Virus record (IMG/VR): IMGVR_UViG_3300027754_000034
Coordinates: 186,001 to 250,000 of that record
Length of the DNA: 64,000 bases
Direction: 5' to 3' (one strand)
Position 1 is the stretch's first letter; each line of letters opens with the position of its first letter. Positions 1 through 9,232 of the stretch are shown here, piece by piece. The position numbers were made by a program, and so were the translations under genes. The notes beneath the pieces are model-generated. The model was not told the origin of the DNA. It saw nothing but the letters and a program-made list of their open reading frames with translations, and ran no database searches.

Positions 1-1
1 A

Positions 2-1183
2 GGGTTTTACAATTCAGCGAAGGAAATAAAGAAAAAGGATGGTACTACGGAGATCGTAGAATCAAAGAAAAAATGGTCAGGGAGTTTGCTTCCTGGCGAA
101 GAACATAATATGAATTTAGGAGGGGCATGGAAAGAAGCATGTCTGCTCGAAAATCCGACTTGGGTATCTTGGTATCAAGACAGACCTGGTCGGTTAACAA
201 AATTACGAGAAGTTCTCTTAGATAAGATTCAGAGCTATCTCGATAATAAATTACCTAAAGAAGATTACGAGGTATTGTACTCAACATGGAATACTTCTGG
301 TGGTAAGGTAATAGATAAAGATTTAGAAAGATTTCAATATGAAAGAGGTCGCTTAGAAAGGAAAAAACAAAAATTAGAGGAGAGTATAACGACCAGAGGT
401 CTTTCTCCTCAAGAGGAAGCAGAAATTGAGCGTTATAACGATAAATTCATTTTAGAAGATGAATATGGTAAACTAAAGTACTATGATGATATTAGGGAAT
501 TAACTCATAAAGAAGAACGGAGGTTAGAGGAACTGCCGTTACTTTTAAAGAAATATAATGTAAATCTTAATAGTATACCCAAGATTCCACCTAAGACGCC
601 GACACCAGTGGAACATCTAATGTGGCTTAATAAATTAGAAGACACAAGAGCGTTAACTCCTTCTTTAGATATTCTGATGGATAAGGTATATGATGAAGTG
701 TTGGATATGTTCGATGGGAAGGGGTCAATAGTCCGTTCCATAATTTCGGAAATGCCTTCTTCTTCGAATCTGTCTCTATTAAATTCGATGGCGAAGGGAT
801 TACAAAAAGTACGAGAAGAGAAAGTACGAATAAAGGATCTTCCTGCTCAGAAGGAAAAAGAATCCGAGAATGGATCAAGAGATTTTGAAGATTCAGAAGA
901 AGACTCGGTAAAGAAAGAATCCATTAAAAAAATTAAAGATATGCTTGCTCAAATCAAGCGAGCTGTTCCCCTAAAATATCTAGATCTCTTGAATGATGTA
1001 AAAGCATTTGCAGATGGAAACCCTCCATCTAGACTCCGAGATAAGAATTTTTGGAAGGATCTGGAGCCCAGTGACTTTCGAGATATTTTAAATGCAATAC
1101 CTGGAGCGAATCAATTATTAGAAGAATCTTTAGGTGTCAAAAAGGCGTCATACCTAGAACGGATTGCACTAAGTATCATGTAA
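2..1183 (+). CDS. Hypothetical protein, 5'-truncated by the window edge
   Basis: The frame of ORF 86..1183 is open back to position 2 (GFYNSAKEIKKKDG...); helical, charged; no recognisable motif. Confidence 0.7.
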   Translation, partial: GFYNSAKEIKKKDGTTEIVESKKKWSGSLLPGEEHNMNLGGAWKEACLLENPTWVSWYQDRPGRLTKLREVLLDKIQSYLDNKLPKEDYEVLYSTWNTSGGKVIDKDLERFQYERGRLERKKQKLEESITTRGLSPQEEAEIERYNDKFILEDEYGKLKYYDDIRELTHKEERRLEELPLLLKKYNVNLNSIPKIPPKTPTPVEHLMWLNKLEDTRALTPSLDILMDKVYDEVLDMFDGKGSIVRSIISEMPSSSNLSLLNSMAKGLQKVREEKVRIKDLPAQKEKESENGSRDFEDSEEDSVKKESIKKIKDMLAQIKRAVPLKYLDLLNDVKAFADGNPPSRLRDKNFWKDLEPSDFRDILNAIPGANQLLEESLGVKKASYLERIALSIM

Positions 1184-1184
1184 A

Positions 1185-1514
1185 ATGGATGGAAGTTCAA
1201 AAAATAGTGTAGTAGATGGTGTTTTATTCAGACCCGTATCCTTGTCATATGCCCTATCTGAATTTCCTGTATTAATATATGACATGATTTGTAGAAGAGT
1301 TCATATAAACCCAATATCTACTGCAAATGGTTTATATGGAGTAAAGATATTTGGCCGCAATAATAAAATATGGACTCTGAGAACTGAAGATTATGATAAG
1401 TGTCTTAATATCACAAGAAAATTCAGTTCATCCGCTCTTTTTCCTTCTTCTATTGAATCTACTCTAGAAATTGTAAAAAGTTTCATCTCTGTTGAATTTG
1501 CAGGTAGAGTATGA
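1185..1514 (+). CDS. Hypothetical protein
   Basis: 109-aa ORF tightly packed in the operon. Confidence 0.6.
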   Translation: MDGSSKNSVVDGVLFRPVSLSYALSEFPVLIYDMICRRVHINPISTANGLYGVKIFGRNNKIWTLRTEDYDKCLNITRKFSSSALFPSSIESTLEIVKSFISVEFAGRV

Positions 1515-1515
1515 C

Positions 1516-1701
1516 ATGAAGAATAAAGAAGAAGTATTTGTAGTTTGTAAGCGTGGTAAAGACAATGCTACTGCTGGTCAGCATTGTTCAAGCAACCTTG
1601 CATATAAGATGTCGGAGGATGGATCTCATTCAGTAATATTCAGGTGTGTAAAGTGTAGCTACCAATGGAGCACTCCTATTGGTGGTTCTGTTAGTTTATG
1701 A
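1516..1701 (+). CDS. Small zinc-ribbon protein (TFIIS/TFS C-terminal-like)
   Basis: C...C then FRCVKCSYQW; ATG at 1516 preferred over the track start 1492. Confidence 0.5.
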   Translation: MKNKEEVFVVCKRGKDNATAGQHCSSNLAYKMSEDGSHSVIFRCVKCSYQWSTPIGGSVSL

Positions 1702-1880
1702 TATTTTTTTGCCCGGATTGTAACAGCAAACTAGATCAGTCTGCGTTTCCGGGTAAATTATACTGCAATCTTTGTGATTGTAATTTCTCATTGGAGATTA
1801 AATTTATAAAAGAAAATAATGAACACTCTTTATATAGGAAACAAACATGCGCAAGAATTGACGAGAAGAGTAATAGATGA
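1698..1880 (+). CDS. Small zinc-ribbon protein (RpoM/RPB9 N-terminal-like)
   Basis: MIFFCPDCNSKL...LYCNLC; ATGA overlap with the previous gene. Confidence 0.45.
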   Translation: MIFFCPDCNSKLDQSAFPGKLYCNLCDCNFSLEIKFIKENNEHSLYRKQTCARIDEKSNR

Positions 1881-2595
1881 TGGCTTAGGTCCAGTTTTAC
1901 TCCAAGGACCGGGAGGAATAGGAAAATGTTCTTTTATTAAAGAAATTCTTTTATCACAAGAGTATAAAGTTAGTATATTGAATAAAGAAAGTAAGATAGA
2001 AGAATTTAAAGAAGAAATTCGGGAAAGGAGATATTTAGGGAAAGATATAAAACAACACAAAATCATTATAAGAGATGCAGATTTATTGTCTGATACCTGT
2101 AAGGATTTTTTGCTATTACATACTGAAAGTGAAGAATATTCAAATATTTTGTATTTTACTGCAGAAGATTCGGGATTAATGGGAGACCCACTGTTGTCTA
2201 GAATGCGGTATGTAATTCCTTGGGAGTCTATTAGATGTGAAGATTTTCCTGACTGTAAAGATGAGTTTTATGCTAAAATCAGCTATGGATCATATGCGAT
2301 TTATGATACTGTAAATAAAGATGAAAAAATAAAGGAATTATTTAACATTTTAACCCAAGAGGACTGGCCAGAAATCGCTATTTGCAGTAAAATACCGATT
2401 GCCATAAACGAGTTTAAAAATTATTCTACTTTAAGGAAGAAAGCTTTATCTAATTTATTTTCTTATTCATCTAGGTATTCTAAGTACAGAAATTCACTTC
2501 TTAAGATTTCTGGTCTAATTAATAGATATCCTTCAATAAACTTAGTAAACCATTATGTTGCTATAGCATCTGAATGTTTATCAATTGTACACTAA
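1819..2595 (+). CDS. holB: DNA polymerase III clamp-loader delta'-like AAA+ subunit
   Basis: VLLQGPGGIGK Walker A, IIIRDAD degenerate Walker B, PLLSRM (SRC-like) motif. Confidence 0.6.
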   Translation: MNTLYIGNKHAQELTRRVIDDGLGPVLLQGPGGIGKCSFIKEILLSQEYKVSILNKESKIEEFKEEIRERRYLGKDIKQHKIIIRDADLLSDTCKDFLLLHTESEEYSNILYFTAEDSGLMGDPLLSRMRYVIPWESIRCEDFPDCKDEFYAKISYGSYAIYDTVNKDEKIKELFNILTQEDWPEIAICSKIPIAINEFKNYSTLRKKALSNLFSYSSRYSKYRNSLLKISGLINRYPSINLVNHYVAIASECLSIVH

Positions 2596-2598
2596 CAG

Positions 2599-3504
2599 GT
2601 GTCAGTTGTAGTCATTGGTGGTAAAGAGGAATTCTTAAAAGAAAGAGCTGCATATGAAGAATATGAATCGTCACTAATTAAAAATAAGGTTGTGTTAAAA
2701 TTTAATGAATTTATAAATATCATTTATGATTTGGATCCGTCAAGTCCTACTTGCTATATCGTAACAAATACTACAGAAATCCCAATGGACTTAGAATTCG
2801 GTGTTCATAAAGTAGTTTTTATTTTATCAGAAAAATATGAAGTACCAAAAAATATAAAAGTAGATAAAATATTGCAATTTAATAAATTGAAAATTCAAGA
2901 AAACGATAACGAGGTTATCAGATGGATAATGAAAGAAGGGGAAAGATTCAATATAGACTTAAGCAAGATTGCGGGTGCTCTTTTTGTGAACTCTGGTGAT
3001 AACCTTCGAAAACTAAATTCAGAAATAGAAAAGATCAGAACCTTAGTTTTAGAAGGTACAGTGGTAACACCAGAGATCGCAAAATCCATAATTTGCTTTT
3101 CAGCAGATTTAAATCCGAAAAGCATTATCGACTCAGTATCGAGCGGAAAAACCTTGGCAGCAATGGTCTATTATGATCGATTGCAAGAACAAGGTGAAGA
3201 AACTGGATGGATAACGGCTTTTCTTTTTAATTTCGTGATACAGATCTTAAGGTCTCAGCGTATGATTGAAAAAGGAATAAAGGATATACCTGCTGTTCTT
3301 TCTTTAAATATATTCATATATAACAACTATGTGTTAGGTAATATTAACAAGTGGTCTACATCAAGTCTCATGGAATCTGCTAGAAATTGTTCAATGATAG
3401 AACAGCTTCATAGACAAGGAAATGAGCATTCAAAATTTCTTCTTGAGCAAGAAATCATCAGACTGTCTGAAGAAGCATCTCTTAAAGTAAATCAGCGCTC
3501 GTGA
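2599..3504 (+). CDS. holA: DNA polymerase III clamp-loader delta-like subunit
   Basis: GTG start; N-terminal VVVIGGKEEFL and GDNLRKLNSEIEKI match the HolA pattern; adjacent to delta'. Confidence 0.6.
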   Translation: MSVVVIGGKEEFLKERAAYEEYESSLIKNKVVLKFNEFINIIYDLDPSSPTCYIVTNTTEIPMDLEFGVHKVVFILSEKYEVPKNIKVDKILQFNKLKIQENDNEVIRWIMKEGERFNIDLSKIAGALFVNSGDNLRKLNSEIEKIRTLVLEGTVVTPEIAKSIICFSADLNPKSIIDSVSSGKTLAAMVYYDRLQEQGEETGWITAFLFNFVIQILRSQRMIEKGIKDIPAVLSLNIFIYNNYVLGNINKWSTSSLMESARNCSMIEQLHRQGNEHSKFLLEQEIIRLSEEASLKVNQRS

Positions 3505-5807
3505 CTGCGGAGAACAGATCAATGATAAACAATGAACTCTCAAATGAAACCACCGTCTCTGAAATTAAAGTAAGAAAGCGTGACGGTGTCACCCTTCAGA
3601 ATTATGATATATTTAAGATTAAGAAAGCTGTGGTTCGGGCATGGAATGATTCTGGCCATCCCCTCGATGAAAAGTCCTTAAATAAAGTAATAAAATATGT
3701 ATTTGAAGCTACGAGAAATGATGTTATTGATGTAGAAACAGTCCAAAATGTGGTTGAAGTCTCTTTAATGAGGCATGGCTTGTTTGAAGTAGCGAAATCT
3801 TATATTTTATATCGCCACAAACGATCCGAAGCTAGACAAGCTCGTAAGGCTGTCCCCGATTTAAAAGCTATATCTGATTATATTCATGCAGGAAAATATG
3901 CGAAATATATTCCGGGTCTTTCTAGAAGAGAGATTTACGAAGAAACTGTTGCTAGAACTGAAGGCATGCACGTTCGTAAATTTCCTAATTTAGAAAAAGA
4001 AATAAAACTGGCTTTTGATTTAGTTAGGAATAAACGTCTTCTTCCTTCAATGCGCTCTATGCAGTTTGGAGGACCTGCCATTGAGGCCAATAACGCTCGT
4101 ATATTTAATTGTAGTTTTTCATTCATAGATAGACCTAGAGCATTTTCCGAGGCATTGTACCTTCTTTTGTCGGGGTGTGGGGTAGGATATTCAGTACAAT
4201 ATGACCATGTAGATAAATTACCAATAATTCCATATATTGATGGGAAGAAGGTCCGCCACCATGTGGTGGAAGATACTATAGAGGGATGGGCCGACGCTTT
4301 AGAAGCCTTAATTCAAAGTTACTTAGATGGGGTGTATTTAGAGGTATCTTTCCATAAGATACGTCTTGCTGGGACTCCCCTAATAACATCTGGGGGTAGA
4401 GCTCCGGGACATTTAAAATTAAAGGACCCTTTGGAAAAAATTCGAGGAGTTTTAAATGCTGTTCAAGGACGTAAACTACGTCCTATAGAATGTCATAGAA
4501 TAATGTGTCATGCTGCAGATGCTGTTTTATCTGGTGGCATTAGAAGATCTGCAATGATTTGTCTTTTCTCGTTAGATGATAGCGAGATGATGAATTGCAA
4601 AACAGGTAACTGGTGGCAGAATGACCCCTGGTTTTCTAATGCCAATAATTCGGTCGTCTTAAAAAGAGATGAAGTTAAGAAGAAACAGTTTAAGAGAATA
4701 TTCCAGATGACTCGCCAGTGGGGTGAACCTGGTTTTTATTTTACACATGATTATGACTATGGGACAAACCCATGTGGAGAAATCGGATTAAATCCAAAAT
4801 TAGTAATAGATGAGTCAGTGAAAGCTGTTTTAAAATCTAAGGGAATAGATTCTGAAACAGGAGCTGTTCATACGGGTTGGGCATTCTGCAATCTTTGTGA
4901 GATTAATGCCGCTAAACTAACCTCTTATGAGGAGTTTCAAGAAGTAGCTAAAGCAGCTACCTTAATCGGTACTATTCAGGCTACTTACACTAAACTTCCA
5001 TATCTTGGTTGGGTTTCCGAGCATGTAGCGGAAAGAGAGGCGCTGTTAGGTATCGGTCTGACAGGGATGCTGGATGCACCGCACATTTCATGCAATCCTG
5101 AATATCAAAGTAAAATAGCCAATGAAATCAAGGAATGGAATAAGGAGTATTCAACTCTTTTAGGGATTAACCCGGCGGCTAGAACTACATGCATTAAGCC
5201 TTCAGGAACTACCTCTCTAGAATTAGGGTGCGTGGGATCCGGGCATCATGCTCATCATGCTCGTAGATATATAAGAAGAGTCACGGCGGATGAACTAGAA
5301 CATATCTTTCAAGCTTTTAAGGCTGTTAATCCTCATATGTGTGTTCGTAAACCCGATGGGAAATATGTCATAGAGTTTCCAGTAGAAGCTCCTCAGGGAG
5401 CGATGATAAAGGATGATATTGGTGCTATAGAGTTCCTAGAGATGGTGAAATCTACTCAGCAAAATTGGGTTATGTCAGGAACTGCAAATGAATCAATATC
5501 TCCGGGGTTAACTCATAACGTATCTAATACGGTTAATGTTAGAACAGAAGAGTGGGATAAAGTATCCGAGTATTTATGGGAAAACCGCAACCATTTCACG
5601 GGAGTGTCTTTGCTTGCAGCCACGGGAGATAAAGATTATGCTTTTGCCCCTATGGAAGCAGTGGTTACGGAAGCAGATGAAGCTCGCTGGAACGCCATTA
5701 TTTCGGGTTATAAGCCAGTAGATTATACTGGAATAATCGAGATGACAGACGATACTACGTTAAATGCAGAAATGGCTTGTGTTGGCGGAGCTTGTGCTCT
5801 TGTATAG
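3501..5807 (+). CDS. nrdJ: Class II (adenosylcobalamin-dependent) ribonucleotide reductase with N-terminal ATP cone
   Basis: ATP cone VRKRDG, LPSMRSMQFGG, FNC, GGIRRSA, TNPCGEI radical motif, IKPSGT, C-terminal CVGGAC redox pair. Confidence 0.93.
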   Translation: MTAENRSMINNELSNETTVSEIKVRKRDGVTLQNYDIFKIKKAVVRAWNDSGHPLDEKSLNKVIKYVFEATRNDVIDVETVQNVVEVSLMRHGLFEVAKSYILYRHKRSEARQARKAVPDLKAISDYIHAGKYAKYIPGLSRREIYEETVARTEGMHVRKFPNLEKEIKLAFDLVRNKRLLPSMRSMQFGGPAIEANNARIFNCSFSFIDRPRAFSEALYLLLSGCGVGYSVQYDHVDKLPIIPYIDGKKVRHHVVEDTIEGWADALEALIQSYLDGVYLEVSFHKIRLAGTPLITSGGRAPGHLKLKDPLEKIRGVLNAVQGRKLRPIECHRIMCHAADAVLSGGIRRSAMICLFSLDDSEMMNCKTGNWWQNDPWFSNANNSVVLKRDEVKKKQFKRIFQMTRQWGEPGFYFTHDYDYGTNPCGEIGLNPKLVIDESVKAVLKSKGIDSETGAVHTGWAFCNLCEINAAKLTSYEEFQEVAKAATLIGTIQATYTKLPYLGWVSEHVAEREALLGIGLTGMLDAPHISCNPEYQSKIANEIKEWNKEYSTLLGINPAARTTCIKPSGTTSLELGCVGSGHHAHHARRYIRRVTADELEHIFQAFKAVNPHMCVRKPDGKYVIEFPVEAPQGAMIKDDIGAIEFLEMVKSTQQNWVMSGTANESISPGLTHNVSNTVNVRTEEWDKVSEYLWENRNHFTGVSLLAATGDKDYAFAPMEAVVTEADEARWNAIISGYKPVDYTGIIEMTDDTTLNAEMACVGGACALV

Positions 5808-5813
5808 GAAAAT

Positions 5814-6062
5814 ATGGAATACGATAATAAAAGGGACCGTAACTTATATGGTTATGATGCCGGAAATATTTTAGACGGTGAAGTATTCTATGATGAAAAC
5901 CGCAAGGAGTACATTATAAAAGATGAGGATGGGATTGGCTTTTCTGTCCAGGATCTCCTCAGGGAACTAGAAGGGAAACGAATACGATTTACATGCATTT
6001 CCTTTGAATCTTTAGAGGAAATGAATAGCATGTTAGCTGCTATGGACCAGTCGAATAATTAG
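5814..6062 (+). CDS. Hypothetical protein
   Basis: 82-aa ORF 6 nt after nrdJ. Confidence 0.6.
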   Translation: MEYDNKRDRNLYGYDAGNILDGEVFYDENRKEYIIKDEDGIGFSVQDLLRELEGKRIRFTCISFESLEEMNSMLAAMDQSNN

Positions 6063-6196
6063 ATGTTCAAGGGTAGTCATACCTAAAAGATGGGGAGAAA
6101 TAGGGACAGAGTCGGAGCTAAGGAAAAATCAAGTGTTAAATAAAATATATGATTTAGGAAAGGTACGATGGGTATATACTATACAATAGGTTTTTC

Positions 6197-6682
6197 ATGG
6201 CCTTTATGTCTAGAAGTATGAATGCCTTCAAAAAAGTCGCTCGTGAAGTATCTCGGAATATAAATTCACACTTAGCGGCTTCGGATAAGGATTCTGAGTG
6301 GCAGAGAGTAAATTCTTATATCGCGGACGTCTTAAAGGACGCTCACGTATTATATGCTAAACTAGCCCGATTGCAGGGTGACTTTGCTGGTACTAATTTA
6401 GAAGAATTAGAAAAGATATCAGAGAACGTTTTAGATATTGGTGGAAAGCTTTCTGCATTTTCCAAGGCGTTCTATGAAGGACGTGTAGAAATTGCTCGGG
6501 AAGGAATATATGGGGAGTCCCAACAACCATCTCGAAGGCAAGTACCCGAGTCTGCAGATCATTCTCAGCCTCAAGAGGAAGCTCCCTCGTCTGTTCCAAG
6601 TTCTCCCGAGCAGGAAGATGTTGACATAGAATTTGATTATGAGGCTCCCAAGCCCGACAGTAAAAATTCTAAGAAGAATTAA
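6197..6682 (+). CDS. Hypothetical protein (helical N-terminus, acidic Pro/Ser-rich tail)
   Basis: 161-aa ORF. Confidence 0.65.
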   Translation: MAFMSRSMNAFKKVAREVSRNINSHLAASDKDSEWQRVNSYIADVLKDAHVLYAKLARLQGDFAGTNLEELEKISENVLDIGGKLSAFSKAFYEGRVEIAREGIYGESQQPSRRQVPESADHSQPQEEAPSSVPSSPEQEDVDIEFDYEAPKPDSKNSKKN

Positions 6683-6812
6683 CTTTTCAGTAGAATTGAC
6701 TTAGAATAATAATCTGGGATGTAAAGTTTATGTGAATACTTTTGCTTTAGTATATATCTTATACTCTGGTGGTTTGCTTAGATTCAAAGGAAGAAGAATC
6801 TGAGTAAATATC

Positions 6813-9050
6813 ATGGAGAAATTAGAAGGAAAGATACAAGGAATTCTATTTAATAATAAAGTAAACGGGTTTTCTGTACTTAAAATTCGTGTAGGAGAAG
6901 ATATTAATAGGGTTTGTGGTGCTTTTCCCGGAATAGTATTAAGTGTTGGATTAAAGGTCAGATTCACAGGAAGTAGGGAAGTACATCAGACATATGGACC
7001 TCAGTTTACTGCTTCGACTTGCGAAGTAATTCCTGAATCCGGGAGGAATGGCATAATTAGTTTTATTACTAATAACATTAATTCCATAGGAATCGTCACC
7101 GCATCAAAGTTATATGATTTTTATGGGGATGAATTGGTCAATGTTCTGGATTACGAGCCAGAGAAATTAAAAGATTCCGGAATATTAACCGATAAACAAT
7201 ATGAGGTAATATTACAGGACTGGCAAAGCGTGAATGAGTCTAAAAATTCATCTATATACTTATCAAATTTGGGGTTAACAGGAAATCAGATTAAGGGGGT
7301 TCTCACTTTGTTTGGAGGAGACTCTCGTCGCATGATTTCAGAAAATCCATATTTATTATGTAAATGTTCAGGGATCGGATTTAGTGCAGCAGATCAGGCC
7401 GCTAGAATAGTGGGTATAGGAGTAGATGACTCTCGACGAGTAAAATCCATGATTTTATATATAGTTGAGGATTTATGTAATAGTGACGGTCATATGTATG
7501 TGACTTCCGGTGAAATTCTGAAGTATGGATCCGGAAGGTTTTTTAGAAGGCACAGTTTAGAACCCTTTTCGCATGGTGATAAGATAACTGATTCGCAATA
7601 TTACGGAGCATTAAATTCATTACTTGAATCTGGGGAATTGGTATCGATCAATGATAAGATATATACAAAGTGTAATTGGGAATATGAGCATAGTATAGCT
7701 AAATATTTATCTAGTGCTTTATTGTCTGATCCTTATGAATTTAAGAATTTAGATGTCTTTCTTAAGGAATTTCAGAAAAGAAATAAAATAAAATTATCAG
7801 AAGATCAAATAAGTGCTTTTAAACTGTTGGGTAAATCTAGAATAGTTTCCATATCGGGTTATCCGGGGACCGGGAAGACTACTCTCATATCATCCTTTGT
7901 GGAACTATTCAGTAATTATAATTTAGATTTTAGTCTGTTGTCGCCCACCGGTATTGCCGCCAAAAGACTATCTAAGGTTACCGGAAAAATGGCTTCTACC
8001 ATACACAGGGCTTTAGGATATAAAAAGGATGGGACTTGGGAATTTAATCACACTAATAAGTTTATAACCGATGCCATTATCGTGGATGAGATGTCTATGG
8101 TAGATTCAGCCTCATTTTATCATTTATTGGATGCCCTAAACCCCTCAACTATTCTTATACTGGTTGGTGATTCAGCTCAGTTGCCTTCTGTTGGCTCAGG
8201 TTATGTGTTCAATAATTTATTGAATTGCGAAAATGTAAGCAAGGTGTCCCTTACTCACATTTTTAGACAGGGTAAAACATCAGATATTATCACAGTTGCA
8301 CATAATATTTTAAATAATCATCATGTGGACACTTCATTGAATAAGGAATCGGAATTCATATTTTTCCCTATGAAAGATGATGAAATAGTGTCGCAGGTGT
8401 GTCAGTTGTCCTTTAAATTAAAGGAATTAAAAAGGAATTTCCAAGTAATTTCTCCTATGCATGATGGGGTATTGGGAGTAAATAACTTAAATCAAGAACT
8501 GCGTGATGTACTGAATCCTGATAGTCTGCTTAAGACCGTATCTTATGTTAAAAGTGGAGAAACTGGCCTTTACGAAGGTGACAGAGTAATGGTGGTAAAG
8601 AATAACTATGATAAAATGATATATAATGGAGATGTAGGAAAAATAACACAGATAAATATAAAAAATGATGAGGTGGAGGTAAAAATCTTTGACTGGTTTG
8701 ACCAGGAATCGTCATCTTCCAAATATGCTGATAAATTATTAACATTCACTGTAGAAGAAGCTCGTTCTATGCTGAAGGTGTCATATGCTTGTACTACCCA
8801 TAAAGTGCAAGGTCAGGAATTTGATTATATAATAATGCCGATGAGTTCTCAATATGGAATCATGTTATACCGTAATTTAGTATACACAGCAATTACTAGA
8901 GCTAAAAAGAAAGTATTTATTTTTGGAAGTACAATTGCATTTGAGAATGCTATCAATAATATTAAGGAAACTATTCGGAATAGTGATCTAGCGAATTTGA
9001 TTAAAGAATATTATAAATTAGAATGTGCTAATGCTGTTATGATATCCTGA
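6813..9050 (+). CDS. recD2: RecD2-like SF1B helicase
   Basis: N-terminal OB/HhH (GIGFSAAD), GYPGTGKT, PTGIAAKRL, STIHR, IVDEMSM, VGDSAQLPSVG, YACTTHKVQGQE, YTAITRAK. Confidence 0.92.
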   Translation: MEKLEGKIQGILFNNKVNGFSVLKIRVGEDINRVCGAFPGIVLSVGLKVRFTGSREVHQTYGPQFTASTCEVIPESGRNGIISFITNNINSIGIVTASKLYDFYGDELVNVLDYEPEKLKDSGILTDKQYEVILQDWQSVNESKNSSIYLSNLGLTGNQIKGVLTLFGGDSRRMISENPYLLCKCSGIGFSAADQAARIVGIGVDDSRRVKSMILYIVEDLCNSDGHMYVTSGEILKYGSGRFFRRHSLEPFSHGDKITDSQYYGALNSLLESGELVSINDKIYTKCNWEYEHSIAKYLSSALLSDPYEFKNLDVFLKEFQKRNKIKLSEDQISAFKLLGKSRIVSISGYPGTGKTTLISSFVELFSNYNLDFSLLSPTGIAAKRLSKVTGKMASTIHRALGYKKDGTWEFNHTNKFITDAIIVDEMSMVDSASFYHLLDALNPSTILILVGDSAQLPSVGSGYVFNNLLNCENVSKVSLTHIFRQGKTSDIITVAHNILNNHHVDTSLNKESEFIFFPMKDDEIVSQVCQLSFKLKELKRNFQVISPMHDGVLGVNNLNQELRDVLNPDSLLKTVSYVKSGETGLYEGDRVMVVKNNYDKMIYNGDVGKITQINIKNDEVEVKIFDWFDQESSSSKYADKLLTFTVEEARSMLKVSYACTTHKVQGQEFDYIIMPMSSQYGIMLYRNLVYTAITRAKKKVFIFGSTIAFENAINNIKETIRNSDLANLIKEYYKLECANAVMIS

Positions 9051-9131
9051 TCATAAATTGGGTTGTGTATCGTGTAGATTCAGTATGATTTTCCTGTTCA
9101 AATATTTTTACAAAATATTTTGTTTATTTCA

Positions 9132-9174
9132 TTTAGAGTATAAAGTAAATGGTTATTTTTACGATGTTTATATA
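9132..9174 (+). repeat. 43-bp direct repeat, copy 1 (intergenic)
   Basis: tttagagtataaagtAaatggttatttttacgatgtttatata; 42/43 identical to 10204..10246. Confidence 0.95.
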
Positions 9175-9232
9175 TTTATTCTGAATGTATGGTACCATTA
9201 GACTTGTGTAATTTTAATGGTCACCATTAGTT

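Noticed and set aside
5805-6062. nrdJ TAG is in frame with the next ORF (5814), a possible read-through fusion
   Set aside because: nrdJ ends at its canonical C-terminal CxGGxC redox tail, which must be free; a 1-in-3 frame coincidence is sufficient explanation
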